Source: Octopus bimaculoides (taxonomy: Eukaryota). Taken from it: a DNA stretch of 38,846 nucleotides. The notes beneath the pieces are model-generated. The model was not told the DNA's origin and did not search any database. It saw nothing but the letters and a program-made list of their open reading frames with translations. Both the position numbers and the translations under genes were made by a program. Shown one piece after another: positions 25,045-37,469 of this stretch; positions within the stretch are counted from its first letter, which is position 1; every line of letters begins with the position of its first letter. The stretch spans positions 65,584,107-65,622,952 of the forward strand of contig NC_068987.1 in NCBI RefSeq assembly GCF_001194135.2. The letters run 5' to 3'.

Positions 25045-26380
25045 TTTTTTTATTATTTACTGTCTTGAGAATTAAAATGAATATTCCTGTCAGTGAGCCA
25101 TTCAAGTCTTGTTTCCGGCTATTTCAATGTTTCTTTAAATATTTCTGACAGCACTCTTATGCGTACCTGTCAAACGTTTAAAGCAGAAATTTCTAACTTT
25201 ATATCACATTTTGATACACTCCAGTTATATTTTGTAGCACTCGAGTTATTTTTCAATTGATATAGTTTCCATCGATTGTTCTGGCGTTGCACGTTGTTTT
25301 AAGTATAATTTTCTGTAGTAATTTCTGTCGATAACCATTCTCCTTGATTTCTATTTCAATTTTCACTTCGTCTTTGATAAAATGTTTTGGAGTCAATCTG
25401 TTGTATAATCAAATAATCGTTGTCAATTTTCATAAAGACAGACGTTTCGCTATTGGAGGACGCTCTCTTGTTTCAGATATTTTTTTAGATATAAGGTAAT
25501 TTTGTTTTCGTTATTGATTTCATTAAGAACTGAACGATGTTTAATTTTATTGCTATCCTTTTCAATATGGTTGTTTTCCGTGTTTATTAGGTTTGATATT
25601 CATATGTGAGGAGAGATAAGTGATTACTCACATCCCATTGTGAATCCTGCTATTGTAGTGTAGTTTGCTACACATATTATTTTTCGCTCCAATGCTACTG
25701 ATATTTACATTTGTTTTCATAAAGCCTGTGATCATCAGATTCGAATTTTATATTGCTGTTGTTATGTATCGTCAAGTTTTATTTTTTAAGAGGATCGTTT
25801 GTTGGTTTACAAAAAGTTATTCCAATTTTAGATTATTGTCATAATCAGAATTTCCATATTTAGTATTTTCTATTCTTAATCTTTCTTGTATTCGCATTTT
25901 ATATATTTCCATGCTTTATTCGGAAATGGCTTTTGTTAGTATTCTGTAGGTTGTTAGAGCTTGATTGTATCGTCTCGTTATTTACTCTGCTGTGATAGTA
26001 ACATATTTTGTTTTCTCCCTGTGCCATTCTCGCGACTTACTTTCTCATTGTTTTACCTATGATGTCTTTATTTTCGTTATGTTGCTCTCGTTTCTTTTCG
26101 TTGGTTGTCTGCATTTTCTCAATGTATTGTTTCTTTCAAGCATTATGTATCTCCACCTAACATCTTTGGTTTTCAGAATATATCTCCTTAATTTTGCCAA
26201 TCTGTTGGCCTAAATATTCTTTTAGACTAGAACTATTTTCTTTGCAGATACTATCTGTGCAAGCTCTGCGGTAATTCGATTTCTTTGGATAAAGTGAAAT
26301 ATACGTCAAGTACAAAAAAAAAAGATATTTTTCTCTCATCCATTTATGGCTTTCCAGTTATAATTTTGTGAGACATAAGC
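25045..26380 (-). mobile_element. Heavily decayed 5' half of another R4/Dong-like LINE
   Basis: Minus-strand peptides NQGEWLSTE, KVRNFCFKRLTGTH and LEWLTDRNIHF resemble the pre-RT motifs N.W, FW.KKL..H and PEWLT.G.T.LI. Confidence 0.45.
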
Positions 26381-27654
26381 AATAATGTCTGACCATCTAT
26401 CCCGATTAATCTCCTAATGATAGGGTAACAACATGTTTGTTTTTGGCGGTGAAGAGTTTTCACACACCATATATATACGTTTAATCAATCCAAGTACGCA
26501 TTCCCCTTTTAAGCTTGTGCCGAACGATGCAGTTTATATTTGTATTGTTTGTGTTTATATGTGTGGGAGACTGAATCTATCTGATGGCTACTTAACTTTT
26601 ACTCCATCAGTGTGTTCAGACGTGGTAGCAAATAGACCACTGGAACTAAAATTTGCAATACTTCACTTATACTAGAAAAAACAGCATTAAAACGTCGCTA
26701 TTAAATTAGTGTATTACGTAAGTATTCTTCGACATTTTTGTAATTTGTTTTCCATTTTCTTTGCTGTTATTTAATCGATGTTAATTGATTTCTTTCAGAT
26801 CAACGAAGCAGTATTGTAATTTTATTGTTTGCCTTGGTTCTCAACTTATCATAAAATTTATGAGAGGTGGCCGAGAACGGCGGCCTTCATACGGCTAAAA
26901 GGATCTACTTTAAATATGTGGCTGTAGATTAGCGGGAAAAACCTGAGAGAATTCACTTAACTTTGGAGTGTCAAGGTAATCTGAGGGTTCCTGGGATTCC
27001 TCGATTCGTTCTATATAGTTGGCCCTTATTTTGAGGATCTTACATGGATGTTAATTTGTTGTTCCATACTGATTTTGATAATAATCATTATCTATTTATT
27101 AACTGAATCATTATTTTTATTGTAGATTTCTGTTTATCCTGTACATTTCTTACTAACTTTGGTGTTTGTGGGTAATAATAACAATAATAATAACTCACCT
27201 TATAAACCGACAGATCTTTAAGGCTATAAAATAAATAAATGTATACATGCATATAAACATATATCATAACTATTGTTGTCTTATTTGTATAACAACGTAT
27301 TATTTCATTACCGAAAAAATGGTTACCCCGACACGATGAAGCGGAGACGAGATAGAAAGAAACCTTCAACGTGATATAGAAAAGACATGGAACGACCCAT
27401 CCCCCGACGTCATTGTACGGCACAGCACTTGTTCATTGTGATCAAAAGTACAAATGCATTTAACTGAAAAATTCTTTAACCTTTGAGAAATTTTTATGAT
27501 AGCAGAAAATATACCAACTGACTTTCCTAGTTATACCCGCAAATTCAGAAATAAATCAAGCAACCACGGTCAGTTTAAAATTGTTCTATTGGTTGAATGA
27601 CTCCATTTTATGGTTTGTCTAAGGAAGTATACTCGGAATATTGCTGATGAGTAA

Positions 27655-27866
27655 GGCGGCGAGCTGGCAGAAACGTTAGCACGTCGGGCGTTATGCTTAA
27701 CGGTATTTCGTCTGTCTTTACGTTCTGAGTTCAAATTCCGCCGAGGTCGACTTTGCCTTTCATCCTTTCGGGGTCGATAAATTAAGTACAAGTTGTGTAC
27801 CGGGGTCAATCTAATCGACTGGCCCCCTCCCCCCAAATTTCGGGCCTTGTGCCTTGAGTAGAAAAT
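27655..27866 (+). mobile_element. tRNA-derived SINE, full length, with degenerate target-site duplication
   Basis: Same family as 2598. AATATTGCTG flanks at 27638-27647 and 27867-27876. Confidence 0.9.
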
Positions 27867-28164
27867 AATATTGCTGTCAAGTATATCAAAGTTTCGAACT
27901 TGGTCGGTTCATTGTAGTTTATGAGCATCCTAAATATCAGAAACTTGCTCATTTCTCTTCTTGGCAGTAAACATTACACCGAATAGAAAGAAAAAAACCA
28001 ACTTATAAAACGCATCTCTGCTGCTTAGCAAAGGTTATTACACCAAATTTTAATTGTAGATAGAAAATTATCTTAATTGCAGTGAGGAATAAAACAATTG
28101 TTAGCTGAAAGTACGTTAGAAAATTTGAACCAAATACCCCTTCAGACGCTCGCAATAAAGACAC

Positions 28165-28760
28165 TCGGTCAACATCATTATCAGTTTCTCATGTGCTCTC
28201 GAGCACATTAGACAGGAAGTTTTCGCTATGGATTTCTGTTGGCTGCGGTTTTCGCTACATCTGGCCATGAGATAGTGACTTTTTTCATATCGGCTATGAA
28301 TGTTCTACGCCATGTAGTTTTCAGTTTTCCTCTATTTATTTTCCCCTCCGGTGGTGTCCATTTGAAAACTGGTTTATCATGGCATTGTTTTAGCAGCTGG
28401 AGTATGTAACCTGCTAGTTTTAATCTTCGTTCTGTGATTATTTTACTACAGTGTCTTGAGTTGGCTTTCTTTATTAGAATGTCTACATTAGTTACATGGT
28501 CTTCCAGTAAACATATACTCTGCCTCATTATGCTTTCAGAGAAAATTCCGTTGAATACCCTACTGTTCTCGTCGACAAAGTACTCGAATTATCACCGAAC
28601 AGTACTTCATTGGGAGTAGTATATAGTATCCAACAGTATTCAATGGGAGAAATATACCATATTGTGCTATCGATGAAGGACGCCGCCCTGATAACGTATC
28701 TATCGAAGCCAGAGTCGCCTGACTTACATGACAACTACGAAATTAAGATTGCTATATTAC
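28165..28760 (-). mobile_element. 3' fragment of an RTE-clade LINE
   Basis: IITERRLKLAGYILQL..KWTPPEGKINRGKLKTTWRRTFIADMKK..SWPDVAKTAANR and upstream VIRAASFI..IW..LY match RTE C-termini. Confidence 0.85.
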
Positions 28761-29349
28761 ACCAAAGTGTGGTCGCGAATTGGATTTCTATTTTGCAATG
28801 TTGCTTATTACCATCATCGGCCTCTGGAAGGAAGCTGCTCCTCATTGTACGCTCTCATTTCTCTGTATTTCATTGAAACATTGACATGTCTTCGCTGATT
28901 ACTGGGCTGAAATGTATACAACATAATTTTCCATGTATATAGTGTATATATAATTGTTTGTATATTTATCTCTATTTACTAAATAGATGCTTTTATTCAA
29001 TTAATCTTATTAAATACAGTTTGCTGCAAGTAATTACTTATAAAATTAAATATTCATCATCCATAGAATTTTCACGGGATCCACTAACAGGCAAAATATA
29101 AATGACTGAGTTAATTACTTAGAGACACCACCCGTAAGAAAACAATAGTTAAGTACTAATAGTTCTAACATATTTATTACATAAAATATGTTATCACTAA
29201 TTAAACTGTTAGTATATAAATTTATATCATCTTACTGAAAATTATTTATTACATCAATCGTTGTTCATTTGTAAAGATCGAGCAGCAGATTATTATTTTT
29301 TCTATCTACACAGTCCTATTTTGTCTGCAGTGATTCATGCATATAGCTG

Positions 29350-29716
29350 TAATTCATTCATGCAATCATTAATTAATTAATTAATTCGTTAGATAATTAA
29401 TAAATCAATTCAACCATCTCAATAATAAGCCATTCAGTAAATCAACCAATCATTTACTTAATGAGAAATTCGTTTAATAATACATTTATTTGTTAATTTA
29501 CTTCTCCATCTGTTCAGTCACTCAAGTTACCAATCTTCACTCATTCATTCAGTTAGTTCAGTTACTTATTCATCGAATTTTCTATTCCTTTATTCACGAA
29601 CTCATCAGTCAACCACTCAATCAGCTAATCAAAAAATCACTCAATGAATCAATCTTTCAATCGATCAATCCCTCATTCATTGACTTTTCTATTCTTTTAT
29701 TCACTCAGTTGCTCGG

Positions 29717-29747
<31 letters not shown>

Positions 29748-29910
29748 GTCTTTCATTCAGTTAATTCTTCATCCAATCACTTACTCAATAATTCACTCCT
29801 TCAAATATCCACACTTTTATTCAAGTATTCCCTCATCTCTTGACTTAATCATTCAGTCATTCCGTGTATTATTCATTCATTCATTCATTCATTCATTCAC
29901 TCACTCATAT
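29350..29910. repeat. Decayed (TCAA)n/(TTCA)n array
   Basis: Tetranucleotide periodicity with short perfect runs. Confidence 0.85.
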
Positions 29911-30400
29911 ATGTGTTTTTATTAATTATTCATCTCTTCAGGATGAATGTTCACGATAAAACTCATTTCAAAGGGGAAAAGAACATAAACAGAACTTGTA
30001 ATAAAATATCTCCATGTGGAAAGTAATTAGGATTTCGGCTTCAAAGAAACATTAGAGAGTGATAAATACATATACGCGTACGTGCAAACACTAACATACA
30101 CTCACACGTGTACTCATACAGACAAACACACATACGCATACACATACGTACATGTACACACACATGCCCGCGCGTACTCATACACTCCTACACAAACACA
30201 TACGTACAACGCACAAATGCAAGCATACACGCTTGAACATACATATAACTTTCTACATATACGCACATATTCTTGCACATGTACACACACACAAAGACAC
30301 ACAAATACACACAAACATACAGACGTACACACACATACTCTCTCTATCTTTCTACACACACAGGCACACAAACATTTATGCACATGTACATGTATACTCA

Positions 30401-30470
30401 TACGAGGAGGTGCTGAGAACTTCCTGGCTTTAAGAGTATCACAAAAGGCCTGGTTCGAGACCCAATCTTC
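30401..30470 (+). mobile_element. Mariner-like terminal inverted repeat stub
   Basis: TA-CGAGGAGGTGCTGAGAACTTCCTGGCTTT resembles mariner TIR starts. No partner end is seen. Confidence 0.5.
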
Positions 30471-31310
30471 CGCGCGCGCGCGCGTATGTGTGTGTGTGTG
30501 TGCGTGTGTGGGTGTGTGTATGTGCGTGTGAGACTGTCTGCGTGCGTGTGTGTGCGCGCACAAATATATATGTGTATAAATACATACGTAAATGTCGAAG
30601 GACGAGAATGAGTGCTCATCACCGAGAAAATGGATAAAATGTCTTTATTTGGGTACTAAGGTTACCATTGGTTTTATGTTAAAAAACATGAAAAAGAATC
30701 ATTTTGGCGTTGCATATAAATTCTTTTGCCAGACAGTGCTAATGCTGTATTAGAAAGGTTCAGCTTCAAGAATAGCATAAACTACATCGAACCAAATACA
30801 GATAGATCAAGAAGACGCAGACAGCGGAAAATATTACCGTTTAACCCACCTTATATCCTGAATGTCGCCTCTGTTCTAGCTGTGAAATTCTTAAAATTAA
30901 TAGATTATCATTTCCCCACATTCGGACAAAAACCATGAGATGTTCAACAGAAACACTGTTAAAGTTAGTTATAGTTGCCTCGCCAATACATGGTCGATAA
31001 TATTCAACCACAATAAGAATAAATACACCAGAACTACCATCGAAAGAAAGATACTGTAACTGTAGATCTCCAAACCACTGTCCTCTAAATAATGACTGTC
31101 TGGAAAAAGTTAAGGATCCCAGCGGAGCAACTCGTTGAAAGAAAGATACACACAACACCTGGTGTCATTCAAGAACAAAAATAAAATACATGCGGCATCC
31201 TTATCCAATATGATATGGACATTGAAAGAAGGGAGAGTAAGCAACTCAATCATTGCTAAACCCATAAAAGGCAGAGGAGTTTGTGTGTTGTATATATTCA
31301 ATGTTCACGT

Positions 31311-31735
31311 TATGTTCTGTCCCTGAACGTGAACATTGAATATATACAACACACAAACTCCATACATAGAAACATACATACAATCCCCAGCGATGAAGTC
31401 CCTCAGCACGCAAACATACAAACATCACATATATCAATAACCAAATGTGAGCTCTGTGTCACTGAAAAGCTAAATATTATACAGTCTGCAGATAAAATCC
31501 TAAATATTAAGGATGAATCATTCTCTTTCTGCATACACAAGCAATATTTCACACTCCGACATTTCAAAGAGGAACCAACACTCGCACTGCCAACCTCACA
31601 AGGATATGTTCTGTCCCTGAACGTGAACATTGAATATATACAACACACAAACTCCATACATAGAAACATACATACAATCCCCAGCGATGAAGTCCCTCAG
31701 CACGCAAACATACAAACATCACATATATCAATAAC
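31311..31735 (+). repeat. 131-bp direct repeat (31311-31441 and 31605-31735) plus a 36-bp perfect hairpin (31276-31361)
   Basis: The two copies read identical. 31276-31311 is the reverse complement of 31326-31361. Confidence 0.95.
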
Positions 31736-31957
31736 ATAATATAATATAATGCACACAAATTCACTATCCAACTGGGTTTTCTCCCAAAAGTCAAATCGAG
31801 GGAGATAATTACTCAAAAGCTGTCAGCCAAGAGTAACGCCCCTTGTTTTGTATACGAGACTTTTTGTGAATTACCGAGAGTTTTCCTGAGACAGTTTGTG
31901 TTTTCATCCAAAATGGAGACGAACACCATTTCTTCATGCGATCAGCTTGAAAAATTG

Positions 31958-32006
31958 TTAAGATATTAAGATATTTTCCTTAACATGAAACCAATGGTGG
32001 TCTTAA
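31958..32006 (+). ncRNA. Decayed hammerhead remnant
   Basis: TTAAGAT-ATTAAGA-TATTTTCCTTAACAT-GAAAC-CAATG-GTG-GTCTTAA. Stem I and GAAAC are kept; core and triplet are mutated. Confidence 0.4.
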
Positions 32007-33063
32007 TGCACAAATATACATATATATTTGCTCATATGTATTTGTTTAGATGTTCATATTTATATGTATAAATATATGTGTATATTTATGTATATATGCA
32101 TCTGCGTATATATGTGAATTTGTATGTATATATATCTGTATTTGCATGCATATAATTGGAAATGATGTATTGTGGTATTTTTTCTTGATGTTCGCCTTCT
32201 CGTTGAGATTACACCTTCTGTAACCAACCTCCTATGAGCAGTGAGAAAGGGTCACTTCGAGATGAAGCTAATGGATGATAGTAGACCTTCAGTTAAGTGT
32301 TGGAGAAAGGGAGTGAGTAAAAGAGGGAGAGAAAGAGACAGAAGAAAGAGAGGTGAGAAATTAAAAAAAAATTGGTGAGTAGAAGCCTAGTGTTGGTGTG
32401 AATTGTATAATGAGAATGAAGGGAAGAACATTGCCAGGATTGGTGGCTTTGGTTTGAAAAGATCTGTGGTTCTTTCGCGTTTGACCTGATAATGTAACTG
32501 ATGATGATCTCGGTGGAGTGGGAAAAGACTAAGTTGGAGACTAATATTTTGAATTTCTAATCTTTTTGATGTCTGAGGATGAATATTGATGACTATGATT
32601 CTTTTGCCGAATGCTATTCTGGAGAGTTAAAAAAGCAACTTTACTTTATCTTGTTTTACTCATTTTGTCCCAGCTAAATTTGCTCCTTATATTGTCAAAG
32701 AGAAGAGAGGTAATTTTCTGAAATAGTATTCAAATTATGTTATAGTGTTGTTGATGCATTGAAAGAAAGGCATTTGATTAGCTGATATACTTTTTATAAG
32801 GTAGTGAGCATTTCTAAAACATTTATGTTTGCTCAAATTAAAAAATGCAGTAAATTTTATTCATAGTGCTCCACTCACACACCGTTGTCAATTCTTTCGT
32901 ACAAACATTTGAAAGCGATCCTGCATATGGCTACACCTCAACGGAAACATGTGAAAGAATATAATAAAAGATTAATGCAGTTTGCATGATGGTAATATGT
33001 ATCAGCCACCGACCTTGCTGTCTATTGTTCTGTACACACAAACACGCGCGCGTACACACGTAT

Positions 33064-33097
<34 letters not shown>

Positions 33098-33438
33098 ACG
33101 TGTGTTTGTGTGTACAGAACAATAGGCAATATTAGAGGTTTAGAAATAATAACAATAATATATATATATATATTAGTAAAATGTAAAGGAATACCACAAA
33201 ACGATTACCAGTTTGCTCTCAGTTAGGTATTCAAAATATGTTATTCAACAGTTTACATATAAATCCAATAAAGTTCTTATAAGATAAGAAATTAGAGGAA
33301 TATGCCGTTGGATAATTTTGAATATATTTCCTTAACCATATAGGTTTCCTGGAGTATTAATATTGACAATATTAAGAATAAGGATTACTCCGAAGTTGCA
33401 ATAGCATTACATTTAATTCTATAATTATATACTGCCTT

Positions 33439-33538
33439 TTAAGACCATGCCTTTTAACACATGTTTCAATTGCACCGACTAGTATTCGTTGCAATTGCAA
33501 CCCTACTATAAAACGGTGCAGTCTCTTCTGGGTCTTAA
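33439..33538 (-). ncRNA. Damaged hammerhead copy (sense to the endonuclease)
   Basis: TTAAGACC-CAGAAGA-GACTGCACCG..CGGTGCAATT-GAAAC-ATGTG-[~10-nt duplication]-TGGTCTTAA. Confidence 0.6.
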
Positions 33539-34237
33539 CTTGATAGCCCTCGGTGTGGCTGTTTAATGATTTTTTAAAATAAACTTTGCGTTGTATAATT
33601 TAGAGCTGTCCGTCATGTCAGGCGCGTGAAATCTCTATTTCAAGTTCTTATTGGATAATCATTTTTAGTCCATCATTTAGAAACCTTGTATAGTTTAAAT
33701 GATAATTATTCATTTATACTTTGCAAATGTGAACTTCCTCATGTACAAGATTTTCAATACATGATCCTGTCTAGAATTTATTCATTACCTTTGTATGTGA
33801 AAATCTAATAAAATTCTTCTAAGCATAAGTCACATCTATTGGTTCCAGGTCTGTATGGTTTTGCATTTCATCGTATAGTCCTTGTTACTATCCTTAAAAG
33901 ACCAGATTAATTTGCTAAGACTCGTTTGGAACTTCTTATTTTTGTCTTTAAATGAACTCAAATGATTTGCCAGGCTCCTCTTAAAAATTAATGATGTCCC
34001 GCCGATGTAAAAGAATTCCTTACCCTCAGATGTAAATATACATCTAAATTACATTTTTAGTTTTACACTTATTTTCCACATAACATGATTCCCGTTTAGA
34101 ACTATTGCAAAAATAGCCTTTTATATTTCCATCAGAAATAGAGATTGCTCGCATTACATTTGACGGACAGCTCCAAATTATACAACGCAAAGTTTATAAA
34201 ATAAAGTCATTAAACGGCCATATCGAGGGATATCAAG

Positions 34238-34327
34238 TTAGGACCCTGAAGAGACTGCACCGTTTTATAGTAGGTTGCAATTGCAACGATAACTAATTGG
34301 TACAATTGAAACATGTGTTGGTCTTAA
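34238..34327 (+). ncRNA. Type I hammerhead motif with long stem II (inverted copy)
   Basis: TTAGGACC-CTGAAGA-GACTGCACC...GTTGCAATTGCAAC...GGTACAATT-GAAAC-ATGT-GTT-GGTCTTAA. 8-bp stem I, intact core, GTT triplet. Confidence 0.75.
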
Positions 34328-34422
34328 AATGCGGTACATAATTATAGAATTAAAGGTAATGCTATTGCTACTTCAGGGTAATCCTTATTTTTAATATTAT
34401 CTATATGTATATATATATATTT

Positions 34423-34530
34423 TTTCATTAGCTTACAGCTGTTTCCACTATAAGAAGTGGTGGACTCATAGTTGAGTATCTGAGTAAGTAAATCGCATCT
34501 TACAGTGGAAACAGCTGTTAGCTAATGAAA
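34423..34530. repeat. Hairpin / MITE-like element with 33-bp arms
   Basis: 34423-34455 vs 34498-34530 match 31/33. Confidence 0.85.
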
Positions 34531-35039
34531 TTCATAAAATAATCATTCATTAGCGAGACCCAAGAATATTTCACGAAATTAACGGTAAACTTATTGGATT
34601 ATTTCTGAAAACTTTATCCCAAAAAACTGAAAGCGTAGCCTGTGTTTTGCATGTATCAAAAGATAATCGTTCATCTGCTAATCATTGAAAAGTGAAGGAA
34701 ATTGGAACAATTGGACTACTTAATGCACTTTATATATACACTTTATATACTTTGTGCACAATTTTATAAGTTTAATATACAACACTCTCACTCTTTCTCT
34801 TTCACTCTTCACCTTACTCTCTTTCTCTCTCTCCTTTTTCTTTCGCTCTTTGCCTTTCCCTTCAACTAATCACGTGAAAGCGTTACAGATGGGCTAAGGA
34901 ACGGAGAAAAAAACTTAGTTAAAAATATTACACATTTCATTCACCACCACCTTTCCTTCCCCTCCCCTGTGTGTGTGTGTGTGTGTGCGTGTGTGTGTGT
35001 GTAGTTTCCATCAATCAGATTAATATTCAAAACAATAGT

Positions 35040-35150
35040 GAACACAGAGCTACGGTAGAAGATACTTTGTAGAGGTACCACGCAGTGGACAGGAACCCAA
35101 AACTTAGTAGTTGTAAAGCAAACTTCTTAATCAGACACCCATGTCTGATT
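35040..35150 (-). mobile_element. Decayed CORE-type SINE remnant
   Basis: GTAGAAGATACTT..GTACCACGCAGTGG..GAACCC..AAACTTCTTAA parallels 9355-9450. Confidence 0.45.
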
Positions 35151-37066
35151 CAATAGGTATTATTTTATTTTATAACACAAACGGTGAATAATAAGCTAAT
35201 CTATTTATTATAAGTTCCTGATGAACTAGTCACTAGAACCACATAGTTGAGAAACGAATTTCTTAACACAGTTACATTCTGAGTTCAAATTCAGCCCAAC
35301 TTCTTTCATCTTTCTGAGGAAGGGTTCAATAAAGAATTACCAATAAAATACTGTAATTGACTGAATTGTCTTTTAACCCGGTTATCTTGCGGGCATAAGA
35401 ATTTATGGCCTTTTGTCAATTAAAAAAAATTTTCGATACAGATCGTTTATGAACTTTCTAAAGATCATCTTGCAACACAATTTATAATCATTTTAAAATA
35501 TAACAAAATAATCACAACATAAGACATACATCCCTTCATGCCCATGGATAAGGAATAGAACTTATCCATCAAGCAATTTCAAACAACTTGGACTCATATA
35601 TTAAAAAAAGGTTAAGAATCTCATATATCGTATTACGTATATAAGTATTATATTTAGAGCACTCCATTTTATTTTTGTTCTAGAATAAAGTACATTCAAG
35701 TAAGGAATAAAAGCAAATAACTAAATGGATAAAAGATAATAAGAAAATATTTATACGCCACCATTCTTCAAAACTTACTTAAAAATTCTCGTCTGACAAA
35801 AGAGATTTAGATTCACTAGTGACATTTTGTAAAACGAAAATGCCGTAGACTAACGTGATCAGAATTCTGTCTACATTTTACAGTAAAAAAATAATTTTAT
35901 TTTAAGTTTACTTTAATATTCATCGTATATGCAATTTCTTCATCCTCCATTCTCTTCATTCAGAGCTAAATATTGATCCTGATCTTTATATAATGTCCCC
36001 CATCAAGTATTTTCAGTAAACAACAATCAATGTAGGACAGCAATTCACCGATACATCGACTACAAATAAATGGACACAATCACTGAGAAAACTATCGATA
36101 TGAATATTAACAATACTACTGACGGAACGGACAATGAGGAAGACATTACAACTTAGCTTAAACAACTTAACAAAATAAATCTATCAAAAAGAGTTAAAAC
36201 AAAAAAATGAAGAAACTGTACTAAGAATCTTTGTGAATTCTGTGTTCCAAAATCAACAGAAATACAATAGTTTAAGCCAACCCGAAAACTGATTTGCCTA
36301 GATAACAATGTTTAGATGGCAGATGACCTTATGAATGTTCGATAACCTAACAGTTTTTGCTTCTCATAGTAAATTATTTTTTTAAATATTGTTATTTCCA
36401 TCATCCTTTCACGGATATTATTAATACTTAGCCCAAAAGTAATATCAGTTTCACTAAACAACCATTGTCATCACTACAATCATCACTGTTGAAAACATAT
36501 AATTTAATGGAAGTGTATCAATGACGTACGCAATATTTTCATTTTACTGAGATTGCTAACCTGATACGCTTTCATGTAATGAGAGATTTCTTCCTTTACA
36601 TATGTTGTATAATATAAACGCATGCGCAGTTCGAGGATGAACGTCAATAACACGTGCAATCTGCTTCCATCTTGAAAACATTAGTGCACTGCTTGATTAA
36701 CGTATGTTAACTACGATATACATTTATAACTTCGTGTCAGAAATGTCGCCTAAACCGGATTATTGGCTTTATCGATGTGCATTACATGTATTGGTGGCAC
36801 TTCGCTGTTTCTTATTTTGTTCGCCAATAATGTGGCAGATATGATGAGCTGCTAATGGACTGTAATTGAAGTAATTGAGACTAACGTCACACTATAAGGA
36901 ATATTTCTAAATGGCTGAATTTCAGTTCTTAACTCCAATCCCTTTATCTGGTGTCTGTTCAAAGAGGATTTCACACAATTTCTTGTGACTATTGAGATTA
37001 AATGAAAATTGCACTGCAATTGTGCACTATTGATAAGCGACGTACCAATATTTATATAAATTTTAA

Positions 37067-37188
37067 GGCGGCGAGCTAGCAGAATCGTCAGCACGCCGGA
37101 CAAAATACTTAGCAGCATTGCGTTCGTCTTTACAATCTGAGTTCAAATTTCAATAAAGTCGGCTTTACTTTTCATTCTTTAGGGGTCG
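37067..37188 (+). mobile_element. tRNA-derived SINE, 3'-truncated and diverged
   Basis: GGCGGCGAGCTAGCAGAATCGTCAGCACGCCGG...GAGTTCAAATTTC. Confidence 0.8.
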
Positions 37189-37376
37189 CTCTGAGAAGGG
37201 ACTTCACTGGAGTTGTCACGCTTGCCTATAACTTGCTTTCAGGTGTTTTTAACACCAGGTGCATTGAAAGTTTTCTCTTACGCCTAAAACGCAGCTGACC
37301 CAGGAACTGACAACACACACATCTTGTGCATGTGTGTTTGATTTTGTTTATATACCTAGAGCTGCTTCTAATTCAT

Positions 37377-37430
37377 ATCTGAATCTATCTATCTATCTGA
37401 ATCTATCTATCTATCTATCTATCTATCTGA

Positions 37431-37468
<38 letters not shown>
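37377..37468. repeat. (ATCT)n microsatellite
   Basis: Direct reading. Confidence 0.95.

Positions 37469-37469
<1 letters not shown>

Larger units (their letters stand above)
30590..32016 (+). mobile_element. 5'-truncated PLE: RT-EN linker, broken GIY-YIG, 3' pLTR and inverted 5' pLTR piece
   Basis: RKILPFNPPY..KFLKLIDYHFP, FNRNTVKVSYSC, CNCRSPNHCPLNNDC, KERYTQHLVSF..LSNMIWTLK, KCELCVTEK..LNIKDE..CIH. 30646-30682 is the reverse complement of ~31980-32016. Confidence 0.85.
33368..34398 (-). mobile_element. PLE GIY-YIG remnant flanked by ~270-bp inverted pLTRs
   Basis: Arms 33368-33641 and 34135-34398. The spacer encodes (minus strand, broken) CNSSKRESCYVENKC, YIGGTSLIFKRSLANHLSSF, LSKLIWSFK, AKPYRPGTNRCDLCLEE, INSRQD. 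Confidence 0.9.

Noticed and set aside
35210-35270. CTGATGA...GAAAC hammerhead-like spacing
   Set aside because: No stem I and no pairing helix III; the segment matches the SINE motif AACCACATGGTT..CTTCTTAAC.
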